Under the pieces are notes generated by a model. It was not told the DNA's origin and did not search any database. It worked only from the letters and a program-made list of their open reading frames with translations. DNA of 64,000 bases, taken from assembly GCA_040954595.2 (NCBI GenBank), contig CM082589.2:11296894-11360893 (forward strand). Reading direction: 5' to 3'. Every line of letters starts with the position of its first letter. Position 1 is the first letter of the stretch. The DNA comes from Balanoglossus misakiensis (Eukaryota > Animalia > Hemichordata). Positions 1 to 10,132 of this stretch are shown piece by piece. Both the position numbers and the translations under genes were made by a program.

Positions 1-219
1 ATCCGACCTCACCGGAAAACATCATCAATCCGGACACAGCAACCAGAGAGGACGGGGGCGGAAGCAGTCGCACAGAATCCATCGACGCAGGGGGAGCGAG
101 GACGCGCCAGGGGTTTTTGATGCATTTTTTATCCCCCAAGCGTGCGCGGAGGAGTGCCGAGTGGAAGACGCGCCCACCACCATAGATGACCTCACTGACT
201 ACGATGTTGGTGTCCCCCC

Positions 220-422
220 TGTTATGTTTCCATCAACATGGGAATAATAATGCGATCATAAGGTATAACAACAACCTATTATTGATCGGCTGAAAAGACT
301 CAACAATGTGCTTCGCCTTATCTGGGCGGAAGTGACGTCGTACAGCAATTCATAAACAAGTGGAACACCAACAATGCAACACTAGAGGGCGCTATATTGA
401 TCGTAGCTGTCAGAATACTACA
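220..422 (-). repeat. 3' LTR of Mag-like element
   Basis: TGTTATG...TACTACA; same as 4871-5074 except for one 1-nt indel; PPT (AGAAGAGGGGA on minus strand) at 423-433. Confidence 0.95.
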
Positions 423-641
423 TCCCCTCTTCTTTAAGATAAATTGTTTCAAAACTCTTTTTGAATACGAATGTCACTGTGAATTGTCCTGTGCAAACTC
501 TGCATTCATCTTGAATCAGTCTTTGTCAAAATCAAACGCAACGAACATGAAAAATACTCTGGGAAAAATGTGATAAATTTTCCTCTGTATAACTCAACTT
601 TCTGTGGAACAAATGGCGTATCTCAATATCAGAAAAAGCTA

Positions 642-1952
642 TCAATCAGTCACATAATCTTTGTATCGAGACGGCTTTTGTATATTTGTACTGGTTCGTG
701 TTGATCTCAACGATTCTTGGGCTGGTGACGCTGGCATTGCGGGTTGTTGAGGCGGTGTTCCGTCTGTGACTGCTGGTGCAATATTGTGTTGATCCATCCC
801 TGTCTGTGCTGGTTTCAGTTCTGCGCTGACTGGTTTCATGTGGATCCTGTTGCGTCGCATTTGTTTCCCGTTGTCTAACTTCACGGTGTAGGACCTAGGT
901 GTGTTTGCTGGGGCTACAACTCTCGCTGGACTCCATGTTTTGCTGATTGGGCTTTGTACATGGACTTGTTGACCTGTCAGCAATTCTGGTAGTTGTCTGG
1001 AGTGCTGGTCGTGGCTGGAAGTCTGGGCCTGCTGTTGAGATGTCAGGTATTGACGAACTTCCTCCCCGTTTCTTGCTGGGTGAATTTTGGCTGGGAGAGT
1101 TGTCTTGTATGCTCTGCTGTTCAGCAACTCAGCTGGTGATGGTATGTTGGACTTCAATGGAGTCGCGCGAAGTGCCAACAATGCTAGATTCGGATCATCT
1201 CCGGACTCTTTGCACTTCATCAGGATGTTCTTCACGGTCTGTACATGTCGCTCGATAAAACCGTGCCCTTTGGGATAGTGTGGTGATGATGTGACTATCG
1301 CAAAACTATACTTCTCAGTTAGGCTGTGGAAGTCTCTAGCTGTAAACTGAGATCCGTTGTCACAAACTAGTTTCTCGGGTATTCCTTGCTCTGCAAATAG
1401 AATTCGGAGGGCTCTCATAATGGTACTGGCTCTGAGGTCTTCAAGTTTCCTAATGAAGGGGAACTTGAAGTAGTAGTCAGCAACTATCATGTACCATGTT
1501 TGGTTCACGTAGAATAGGTCTGCTCCAATTGTGTGCCACGGTCGTGGTGGAATTTCCATTGGAATCATCGGTTCCTTCTGCTGGGAATTCTGGAATTTCT
1601 GGCACGCGTTGCATCCTGTTACTAGTCTCTCTATATCTTTACAAATTCCAGGCCAGTACATGCTGGATCTGGCTCTCAGCTTGCATTTCTCGATCCCCAG
1701 GTGACTGCTATGAATGCGTTGTAGCATTCCATCTCTCATTACTGCTGGTATGAGGAGTCGGCTGCCTATCAGGATAATACCATCTTCGATAGCGATATCG
1801 TCTCGAATAGACCAGTAGGGTCGAATATCAGCGTGAATGTCCTTGATGCTATCTGGCCATCCTTTCAGGACTTGCTGGATCAATAATTGAAGAATTTCAT
1901 CTTTGGTAGTTTCTTCTTTGATCTCCATCTGTCTCATTGGTGTGATCTTCAC
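642..1952 (-). CDS. pol: pol fragment: integrase (HHCC zinc finger + DDE core)
   Basis: HSSHLG...CNAC, IGADLF, CDNGSQF, GFIERHV; in frame with the upstream RNase H, separated by a premature TAG at 1965-1967. Confidence 0.92.
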   Translation of the reverse strand: MKITPMRQMEIKEETTKDEILQLLIQQVLKGWPDSIKDIHADIRPYWSIRDDIAIEDGIILIGSRLLIPAVMRDGMLQRIHSSHLGIEKCKLRARSSMYWPGICKDIERLVTGCNACQKFQNSQQKEPMIPMEIPPRPWHTIGADLFYVNQTWYMIVADYYFKFPFIRKLEDLRASTIMRALRILFAEQGIPEKLVCDNGSQFTARDFHSLTEKYSFAIVTSSPHYPKGHGFIERHVQTVKNILMKCKESGDDPNLALLALRATPLKSNIPSPAELLNSRAYKTTLPAKIHPARNGEEVRQYLTSQQQAQTSSHDQHSRQLPELLTGQQVHVQSPISKTWSPARVVAPANTPRSYTVKLDNGKQMRRNRIHMKPVSAELKPAQTGMDQHNIAPAVTDGTPPQQPAMPASPAQESLRSTRTSTNIQKPSRYKDYVTD

Positions 1953-1964
1953 CAGGTGGTGTAT

Positions 1965-2876
1965 CTAGACTTTCATGTCACTGATTTCGTTCTGATCTTG
2001 TGGTGACAGTCTAGATAGTGCGTCGGCAAGTATCATCTGTTTGCCTGGCTTGTAGTGTATGGTGAAATCATACGGCTGTATGCGCAACAGCATTCTCTGT
2101 AATCGGGGTGGTGCCTTGGTCAAATTCTTCCTCTGAATTTGCTCCAACGGTCGATGATCACTCTCTACTATGAAACTTCTGCCATAGAGATATGTGCGAA
2201 ACTTCTCACATCCGTAGACTACCGCGAGTAGTTCTCTTTCTATATTGGCGTATCGGGTTTCCGCTGGTGTCAGGGCCTTGGACGCAAATGCTATAGGTCT
2301 CTGTTCCTGTATGAGCACCGCTCCGATTCCCTTTCCCGATGCGTCGACTTGTAGAGTGACAGGCTTCTTACGGTCGTAGTAAGCAAGTGTAGTCTTTGTG
2401 CTGATCAGGTCCTTGATCATATTGAAAGACTTTGTGTGTGTCGGAGACCACTCAAACTCAGTGTCGTCTCTGATGAGCTCTCTCAGTGGTGCTGTGTGTT
2501 CAGCTAATCTGGGTATGAATGAACCCATGTAGTTCACCATTCCGAGGAATGTGCGCAGTTCGGTCTTGTCTCTAGGCGGATGCATCATCTCTATCGCCTT
2601 GACCTTTTCTGGGTTGGGTTTAACTCCGTCTTCTGTGTATAACATGCCAAAGAAACTACATTCTTTTGTCTTGATGTAGCATTTCTCTTTGTTCAGTTTA
2701 ATGCCTGCTTTCCTGGTTCGTTCCATGGCTTCGTGTAGATGCAGGTCATGGTGTCGCTCTCCTGATCCGAAGACTTGTATATCGTCTGCAATGCCGACTG
2801 CACCTTCACACTCTCTGTATGTTTCATCAATTTTGAATTGAAACACATCTTGGCTCATCCTTAGCCCAAATGGCAT
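1965..2876 (-). CDS. pol: pol fragment: reverse transcriptase C-terminal part + RNase H
   Basis: MPFGL, IADD catalytic motif, VDASGKGIGAVL, YANIERELLA, SDHRPL, LADALSR. Confidence 0.92.
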   Translation of the reverse strand: MPFGLRMSQDVFQFKIDETYRECEGAVGIADDIQVFGSGERHHDLHLHEAMERTRKAGIKLNKEKCYIKTKECSFFGMLYTEDGVKPNPEKVKAIEMMHPPRDKTELRTFLGMVNYMGSFIPRLAEHTAPLRELIRDDTEFEWSPTHTKSFNMIKDLISTKTTLAYYDRKKPVTLQVDASGKGIGAVLIQEQRPIAFASKALTPAETRYANIERELLAVVYGCEKFRTYLYGRSFIVESDHRPLEQIQRKNLTKAPPRLQRMLLRIQPYDFTIHYKPGKQMILADALSRLSPQDQNEISDMKV

Positions 2877-2917
2877 TCGTAGGAATCTGTAACGGCCATA
2901 TGGTGTGTTAAAGGTCG

Positions 2918-4120
2918 TCAGGAAGGATGTTCTTCATCGATCTTTACATTCCAGTATCCGTTCCGCGCGTCTAGCTTGCTGAAAAGTGTTGCGCCTGCCA
3001 ACTTTGGGGTAATCTCCTCCAATGTGGGTGTAGGGTAATGATCCCTTTTAATGGCTTTGTTCAAGTCCTTCGGGTCCAGACAAATGCGAAGTCTTCCATT
3101 GTCTTTCTCCCGGACAACAAGAGAATTGACCCAGTTCGTAGGCTGGTTCACTTTGGCGATGATTTGCTTATCTTCCATCTCCTGCAGCTCGGTTTTGAGT
3201 CTATCCATTAGTTCTAATGGAACTCTGCGGGCAGGGTGTACTACTGGTTGTACTTCTGGATCAAGAGTGATGTGGTATGTGTAGTTTTCAAAACATCCGA
3301 CCACGTCGTCAAAGCAATCAGGGTACATCCTCAGCAACTGTTCTTTGTTCTTTATGGGAGGGCGGTCCCTGATGGGTGTATTACTGTCTATGTAGTCATC
3401 TGCAGGGTTTCTGTTTCTTCCTGCTGGCTTCTGTTCGTTCATCTTTCTCTTTTCCACTTCCACATTTCTTCCAGGCTGTGCTGTCTTGCACTCTGAGCTC
3501 GCCTGCACTTGTATGGCTTCTACTGAACAGTTTATTTGTATCAGGTTTAAGGCTCTGCTTGCCTTTAACCCTAAAATGGCTGGGCCTGCGGCGTCAGTTA
3601 CATAGAAGAGGCATCTGATTTTCCTCTCTCTATGTTCACATGGAATGACGATGGTGCCAAGCTGTTTGATTTTGGAACCTCCATATGCGGTAAGGATTGT
3701 TTTATTTTCCTTCAAGTGCCCGCGTTTTGGATTTCCGTGTTTATCCAGTTTCTCTGGAAATATGATCTTGAAAAGGCAGAGGGGCAGTATATTGCTCTGT
3801 GCACCGGTATCAATCTTGCATCTCAGTGCTACTTTCCTTTTCTTTTCGCTCTGTGTGATTGTCAGTTTCGTGTATATTTCTTCTTGTCTGTTGATGTTGT
3901 CCAATGCATTTATTTCGATAGTTCCAACATCTAGGACTTCATCATCTATTTGATGCATTTTGCTGCTCGAGCGTGTCACATTATGGATTGGTTTTCCACC
4001 TCGTCTCTGCTGTGACTTCGGTTCGCTTGAGCTGGTTTTGGAACGGCATACCGCCTGCCAGTGATTAGGTTTCCCACAATTTCGGCATTTCGAGCCATAT
4101 GCTGGGCAGTTACTTTTCAC
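2918..4120 (-). CDS. pol: gag-pol fragment: CCHC knuckle, aspartic protease, RT N-terminus
   Basis: CRNCGKPNHWQAVC, IDTGAQ, LRICLDPKDLN, KLDARNGYW; frameshift near 2928 (SFLTTFNTPYGRY continues in another frame). Confidence 0.9.
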   Translation of the reverse strand: MKSNCPAYGSKCRNCGKPNHWQAVCRSKTSSSEPKSQQRRGGKPIHNVTRSSSKMHQIDDEVLDVGTIEINALDNINRQEEIYTKLTITQSEKKRKVALRCKIDTGAQSNILPLCLFKIIFPEKLDKHGNPKRGHLKENKTILTAYGGSKIKQLGTIVIPCEHRERKIRCLFYVTDAAGPAILGLKASRALNLIQINCSVEAIQVQASSECKTAQPGRNVEVEKRKMNEQKPAGRNRNPADDYIDSNTPIRDRPPIKNKEQLLRMYPDCFDDVVGCFENYTYHITLDPEVQPVVHPARRVPLELMDRLKTELQEMEDKQIIAKVNQPTNWVNSLVVREKDNGRLRICLDPKDLNKAIKRDHYPTPTLEEITPKLAGATLFSKLDARNGYWNVKIDEEHPS

Positions 4121-4148
4121 TGAGGTGTCATGCTTTTTTCCGCAATGC

Positions 4149-4760
4149 TTACATTGTTTGGGGTGTGTCTTGTTGGGCTGCCTTTTTACTGCGTTGGCAA
4201 TTTGTGAGCGTTTTCATGTGTTTTGTTGTGGCTTCGTGACCTCTAGCTATATCGAGCGCCTCCTTCAAGGTCAGTTTCTCATCACGCCCAATAAGTTTCT
4301 TCTGTATTTCTTGGTGACAGATCCCCCATATCAACTGATCTACGAGTCTTGCTTCCTGTTCATTTGTATCCCCAAATTTGCATTTGGCGGCTTCATTTTT
4401 CAATTTCGAAAAGAAATCATCAACTTGTTCTCCAGGGTCTTGTCTCATATCTTGGAATTGGTATCTATGTATGCGATGATTCGACTTCGGCTCTAAGTGT
4501 TCGGAAAATTTGTCGAATAGTACTGTGGGGTCTTTCCGCTGGTCTTCATTTTCAAACGACCAACTGTTGTATTTGTCAAGACCTGGTTCACCGGACCATA
4601 GAAGTATGTAGCTAGCTTTCTCTTCATCGTTAGCATCTTTAAGTGCTGTCTTAAATGTTAACTCACATTTTTGACGAAAACGACTGAAGGCTATTGCTAG
4701 ATCTGGCGCGTCCCATTCCATCTTTGGGGCTGTGAAGGGCGTTTGTAGTGCGGCCGCCAT
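4149..4760 (-). CDS. gag: gag (Mag-type capsid region)
   Basis: First ORF after the PBS; RYQFQDMRQDPGEQVDDF...CKF...DQLIWGI major-homology-like motif; frameshifted relative to the zinc-knuckle ORF. Confidence 0.85.
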   Translation of the reverse strand: MAAALQTPFTAPKMEWDAPDLAIAFSRFRQKCELTFKTALKDANDEEKASYILLWSGEPGLDKYNSWSFENEDQRKDPTVLFDKFSEHLEPKSNHRIHRYQFQDMRQDPGEQVDDFFSKLKNEAAKCKFGDTNEQEARLVDQLIWGICHQEIQKKLIGRDEKLTLKEALDIARGHEATTKHMKTLTNCQRSKKAAQQDTPQTM

Positions 4761-4856
4761 CTTGTCAGGTCAGTTCGATGGTCTTTTCTTCTGTAGTTTT
4801 GGTGTCTTGTGTAGTCGATACTGTGTAAAGTCTGCTTACATCTGATCACTCACGTT

Positions 4857-4870
4857 CACCGCTGCCACCA
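4857..4870 (-). promoter_or_regulatory. Primer binding site, tRNA-Leu
   Basis: TGGTGGCAGCGGTG directly after the 5' LTR, complementary to the 3' end of tRNA-Leu (CACCGCTGCCACCA). Confidence 0.85.
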
Positions 4871-5074
4871 TGTTATGTTTCCATCAACATGGGAATAATA
4901 ATGCGATCATAAGGTATAACAACAACCTATTTATTGATCGGCTGAAAAGACTCAACAATGTGCTTCGCCTTATCTGGGCGGAAGTGACGTCGTACAGCAA
5001 TTCATAAACAAGTGGAACACCAACAATGCAACACTAGAGGGCGCTATATTGATCGTAGCTGTCAGAATACTACA
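4871..5074 (-). repeat. 5' LTR of Mag-like element
   Basis: Direct repeat of 220-422. Confidence 0.95.
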
Positions 5075-5359
5075 CCCCCCCCCCCGCATGTTTAAAGGTT
5101 TCTATAGAAAAGCATTGTTGAGGTTCACAAAACTTTGAAGAAGCTTTGCAACCCTAACTTTGGCCAAAGATTTGAATGTTAAGGTTTCACAAACGTAGTT
5201 ACAGCTGAGGTTCAACTAAGACTAGTATAAGAGGCTTCAGCACGCCAAGTCTTGTAGCAAGCTTCAACACAAAGCTTTTTGCAACATTGTTCAAAGCGTT
5301 GTCAAAGGTACTGCACAACCCTGGTGAAGTAGTGCTATATTTTCAATTAAATGGCTTAA

Positions 5360-6789
5360 CCCTTTGCGCCCCAGAAAGGCCTGAAACGGCCTAACTAATC
5401 ACATTCCAGAATGCCCATTTAGGCCTGATACGGCCGCGTACGTACACAGTGCGGTAATCCCAATAAGGCCTGAAAAGGCCTGCGCGTCATAAGGGTACAC
5501 ACAAAGTGATTACATCGCTATTTCTAGCCGTGACAGCTACACATAAATCACTGACACTCGTGAACATGTTGCCTTCGACGTCATGACGAATTGAATACAT
5601 TTTCCCGCCCCTCTCATGAATAATCAATCATTTTCCCGCCCCTGAGCTGACCTTTCTTTCATGTCAGACGCGGTCGACGCCTTCTAAATTTACATGTGTG
5701 AATATTCATTTAAAAGTTTGTTTTGATTTGCAATGTCAACCCCGGAAGTGCGAAACAATGTTTGGGACATTTTATTTGGAGATTCTGACTCTGACGATGA
5801 ATTTGAGGGGTTCACGACTGAAGCTATTACGGAACAACTACGGACGGAAATTGCCCGTGAAGCCTACCAACGCGAGAATGGGAGCGACATCGACCCGACC
5901 GAACTGGCTGAACGTCTGTTAGAAGACCTTCGCGCAGACGATATAGACGTAGCTGATGTGTAGTGGTCAGAAACTTCCAATGCAGTAAATCCGGCCAAAA
6001 AACACCGAAAGGCTACCCGGTAGAAACCATTTGGGGATGCAAACAGTGCAATGTATATTTGTGCAGGAACGAGTGTTTCCTGACGTACCACGCCTCGATT
6101 ATGCGCCGCTAAATGAGCGATTTCCGGTCGCGTCGAACATATTAACAGGTCAGTGAACTCAAATGACCATGGACTCCGACCTCCTTTCATGACCCCGAGC
6201 TGAAAATTGTTAAACGGACAGTTGGAAATTTTGTCGCCAACAATTTGTTCATAGATTTTTGTTGAGCTTTTCTTCGTTTTACTTTGAATTCACATTTTGT
6301 CTTGATTTGATCTGCACGGAGTGAGTTACCCTCCGGCCTCTGAATTGTAAATACATGTACCGGTACTCTGATTTTTAAAATGTTTATCAAATAAAACTTA
6401 TCGTGTTAAATTTAACCATTCAATTTATATTTTTGTCCATGACTTGTTTTGCGCACACTGGAGTTCAAACACTTCAAAGCTCACTTTTCAAACACTCAAC
6501 TCATTCATTTCTGTCAGACTCATCACACACACGAAAAAACCTGAACACTTGGTATGTTGACATTTTATTCATCAGTTTCTCAGGATTTTCGTCTTGCCTG
6601 TAAAAGAAATTGTTTCACGAAACAGAAAAATATGCCATGTTAATACTGTTTCATTTCTTAAAGCGCACAGTGGTAGTGCACTCAGTCAGCAGCAGTGTGA
6701 AAAGTTTTGGGTTTTACAGACCCTGGTATGCAAATTTTAGCTGGGCTTTGCAACAATGTTGTAACAATGTTTCACTGGGGTGCAAAGGG
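5360..6789 (+). mobile_element. Internally deleted piggyBac DNA transposon
   Basis: TTAA at 5356-5359 and 6790-6793; TIRs CCCTTTGCGCCCCAG / CTGGGGTGCAAAGGG; subterminal AGGCCTGA-xx-GGCC repeats; acidic transposase-like N-terminus inside. Confidence 0.85.
5733..5963 (+). pseudogene. piggyBac transposase N-terminal remnant
   Basis: DSDSDDEFEGF acidic N-terminus typical of PGBD transposases; stop just before W-S; no catalytic domain follows. Confidence 0.6.
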
Positions 6790-8547
6790 TTAAGCCATTT
6801 GTCTCTCCAACCAGAATTGCACCAGAGTTAAATACACACAGCTTGAAATTGTAAAATGTTGCAAAATCAAACGATCACATCCTTACACCTATTATTAGAA
6901 CCAGAAGTTGAGTCAAAATTTTCCTACCTAGAAATTTTCTTTCCTATGAAGTTTTTTGCTTATTGGCATTCATATGGGAGCCTAGACCTATTCCAGCTGA
7001 GTTGCCAAAATGGCAATGTTGGACAATTCTTCTAATATGCATGATCAAAAATGGCCGCCAAATACCTTCTCTAAAATAAAACTTGGCCCTTTTTTCTCAA
7101 AATTATGTGTAATATCTAAAATTTCAGGATTTGCATCCATATTGGTTATGTATTGCAAATATGGCAGTGTTTGGCAACTTTTCTATTTTGCATAATCAAA
7201 AATGGCCGCCAATCACCACTAAAAGTGAAATTTTGCCATGTTTCCCAAAATGATGCGCAATATCGTATTTTCAGGATTAGCACATTCATATGGGTACCTT
7301 TAACAATACAACTGTGTTGCAAATTTGGCAGTGTTACCGTACTAATCATGAAGCAAGGAAGTGCAACCTCTGTATCCCAAAAATATGTCTATCCCCACTC
7401 ACAAAGAGCCAGCCCCTCTGCATCATCCTGTTCCTCAATCTCACGATGGGAATCCTTTTCAGAATTCCGACCTCAAAACATCCAGGGATTCACCATCATT
7501 CACCACACCCTCGTCAGTATCCACCATGTTTAGATCCAATGCCTGAACATGTTGTCTCTTTATCTATGGATTGCGTTAAAGGCCAGTGGGAGTTTCATCT
7601 CCTTTTTTTGCAATTTTGACCATTTTTATCTGGTGCATAATGCTAGAGTACATATCATCCATACAGGATGATGCATGTACAGTGATGGGAAATGTATCAA
7701 TCCACTCCTGCACTAGATTTGCATACAGTGCCATACCTTTTAGGGCTATTTTCTTGACCCTTTTGATAGTCTGCTGGCCAAAAGTGGCTGGCCAAAGTGG
7801 CCAGCAGAGACATTCTTCCAATACCCTTCATAGTGCCAACAGACAAGGCTTGGATATACAACCTGTGTTGCTTGTAAGGCACACATCTCCAATTGGTACA
7901 TTGGGCCAATTATACTGTACATGTGTACAGCTAGGAAAAAAATATACTTCATCATAGTTTCCATGGTCAGCAGCTTCAATAACTTGTTGCCTTTTCTTAC
8001 TGAACATTTTGACTTATAAAGAAGTATAACAAGAATAAAGTTGTCCAATTAGTGTTGGCAGGGGGGTGAGGGATGTGTTCTCCCATACAAAGGTGTATAG
8101 GTATGTAGTCTTTAAGAAAAACTTGGGGTAAATGACCAGAAAATTTGACTTATAATACAAATAGGTCGGGTTTTGGGCATTTACACGTGTTGATGTTATC
8201 GACTGGGGCGACAGACTACCATCCGAAAAAAATTCAAGTACCCCCCCCCCCCCTCGGGTGCCGGCCAGTGGGATGGAGGTGATAGAAACTGTTGTAGATA
8301 CAATAGAGGCCTACAACCTGAAAACCTTCTGGCTTTAACCGAGGACTTGCCATTAAAGATACCTGTAGGCCCCTATATGCTGCTCCCACATACACTCCCA
8401 GTCCTAAACCTTGCATCTGATTTGTGGTGCAGATGAAGAATTAAGATTGGCTTGACAATTAGCACACTTAATTGCCTGTTATGAGATATAATACATACAA
8501 TCATGGGACAAGAATGGCAAAAGTTAAATTATCCAGCAGGTGTTTGA

Positions 8548-8775
8548 ATTATGCAAATTAGAGCAGTTGTCTAATATTGCCATGTCAACCATGTTGAAAT
8601 TGTTTTAGGTACCCATATTAATGGAAACCCTGCAAATTCGATATTACACACCATTTAAAACAAATATGGGAAATTAACATGTTAGAGAAATTTGGCGGCC
8701 ATTTTGGATTATGCAAATTAGAACAGTTGTCTAATATTGCCATGTCAACCATGTTGAAATTGTTTTACGTACCCA
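8548..8775. repeat. 160-bp tandem unit, ~1.5 copies
   Basis: ATTATGCAAATTAGA..CAGTTGTCTAATATTGCCATGTCAACC recurs at ~8548 and ~8708; ~4 copies at the matching site in the other arm. Confidence 0.8.
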
Positions 8776-9302
8776 GGAGAGTTGAATGAAAATGCCATTT
8801 GCAATGCAGTTGTCTTGTATTGGGTGCCCATATTAAGGCATTCTTGAAAACGAAACATTATTCATCATTTTGACGCAAACAGAAAAGGTGTTCAAATGCA
8901 AATTGGAAGAGTTGCCCAACCCTGCCATATTTGCAATACAGTTGTAGTGACTGTCAACTCGACTACAGACAGTCTCGATGAACACAAGACATGATCCCAA
9001 TTTGCAAGCTGAGTTGAAACTGACTGCTGCAGTAACTTAGCTGTGGGAATGTCTTGTGTGATTTAAAACAATGATGACCAAATTTAACACAGTTTCTCTG
9101 AGGTAACCATTTAGCTTTCAGGACTAAGTTTGTTTAAGAATCCTTTATTCTACCCAAGGAACAAATTTCCTTAGAATTTCACAACTGAGACACAGTTTAC
9201 AGATATACAAAAAGTGCGTACTACAAACATAAGAAATTGTTTGCATTTTTTTTCTGATGGCAATGCATTTGACTGTAAACAGACATTGACGTCCTTTAGT
9301 AA

Positions 9303-10132
9303 GGGACTGTTCAGTTTTGGTGGAGGGGGGGGGGGGGCAAAAGTTTGTGTCATTGGTTTTCAAAATCAGGCCGACACCCCCTTCAACCAGGACCAAAAAA
9401 ATGATGACCCCCCCCTTTGACAGGACCAAAATATGATGACCCTCCTCCCACCCCGAAAACATTCGCCATCCTTATCTTATGTACACTGACTGTATGCAAT
9501 AAAGGTAAAGGGTCTCCTCACACCTCAATTCTAAATTTCTTAAAGAAATTTATAATTTGAAGTGTATAATAGTATAGCGTTGCAATAAAGAAGGTCTATG
9601 GATAAATTAAAAGGACACGTCAATACAATAGTTGGTAGAATTGGTAAAACAAGAAAAGTGGAAGGGGTGGGTGTACGTAGGACAATTTTGTAAAATACAA
9701 TTAATGCATTTTAATGAACTCAAAGGCAAATTAACTTAATGTTGGGGAGGACAAATTTGACTTTTGCCACTCAAAGTTAACATCAGTGGGGGTGGGATGG
9801 CAAGTATTCTGCCCTGGTACACTATATGTGGCGAAGAAATAAGGGGATGGGTGTGGGAGGGGATGTCCTCCTTCCACATAAGAAAACTTTGTAAAATATG
9901 TAGCTCAAAGTTGCATTTTAATGAAGTCAAAAGCAAATTACATGTATCTCAATGTTTGAAAGGACCAATTTTACTGTTGCCACTCCACTCAAAGTTAGCA
10001 TCGGTGGGTACATGTATATGACATCCCCCCTAAACGTTTGAAAAAAAGATGACTCCCTCTTTTGGATTTCAAAAGTTAAGTGACCCCCTGGATTTTGCCA
10101 GCCTCCCCCCACCGTAAAAACTGAATGGTCCC
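9303..10132. mobile_element. PIF/Harbinger-type MITE
   Basis: TIR GGGACTGTTCAGTTTT / AAAACTGAATGGTCCC, TAA TSD; empty site in paralogous copies (~36355, ~43745). Confidence 0.85.

Larger units (their letters stand above)
220..5074 (-). mobile_element. Ty3/gypsy LTR retrotransposon, Mag-like (K02A2.6-type pol), full length but defective
   Basis: Two ~203 bp TG...CA LTRs (220-422, 4871-5074), tRNA-Leu PBS, PPT, gag-CCHC-PR-RT-RH-IN order; sits in a poly-C run (CCCCC on both sides). Confidence 0.95.

Noticed and set aside
4100-4200. Programmed gag-pol frameshift in the Mag element
   Set aside because: The break lies before the zinc knuckle, Mag-type elements normally have a single ORF, and other lesions exist, so mutation is the simpler explanation
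947-4615. Plus-strand ORFs overlapping the Mag gag-pol (also 22412-24745 over Gmr1)
   Set aside because: Antisense shadows of real retroelement ORFs with no domain features
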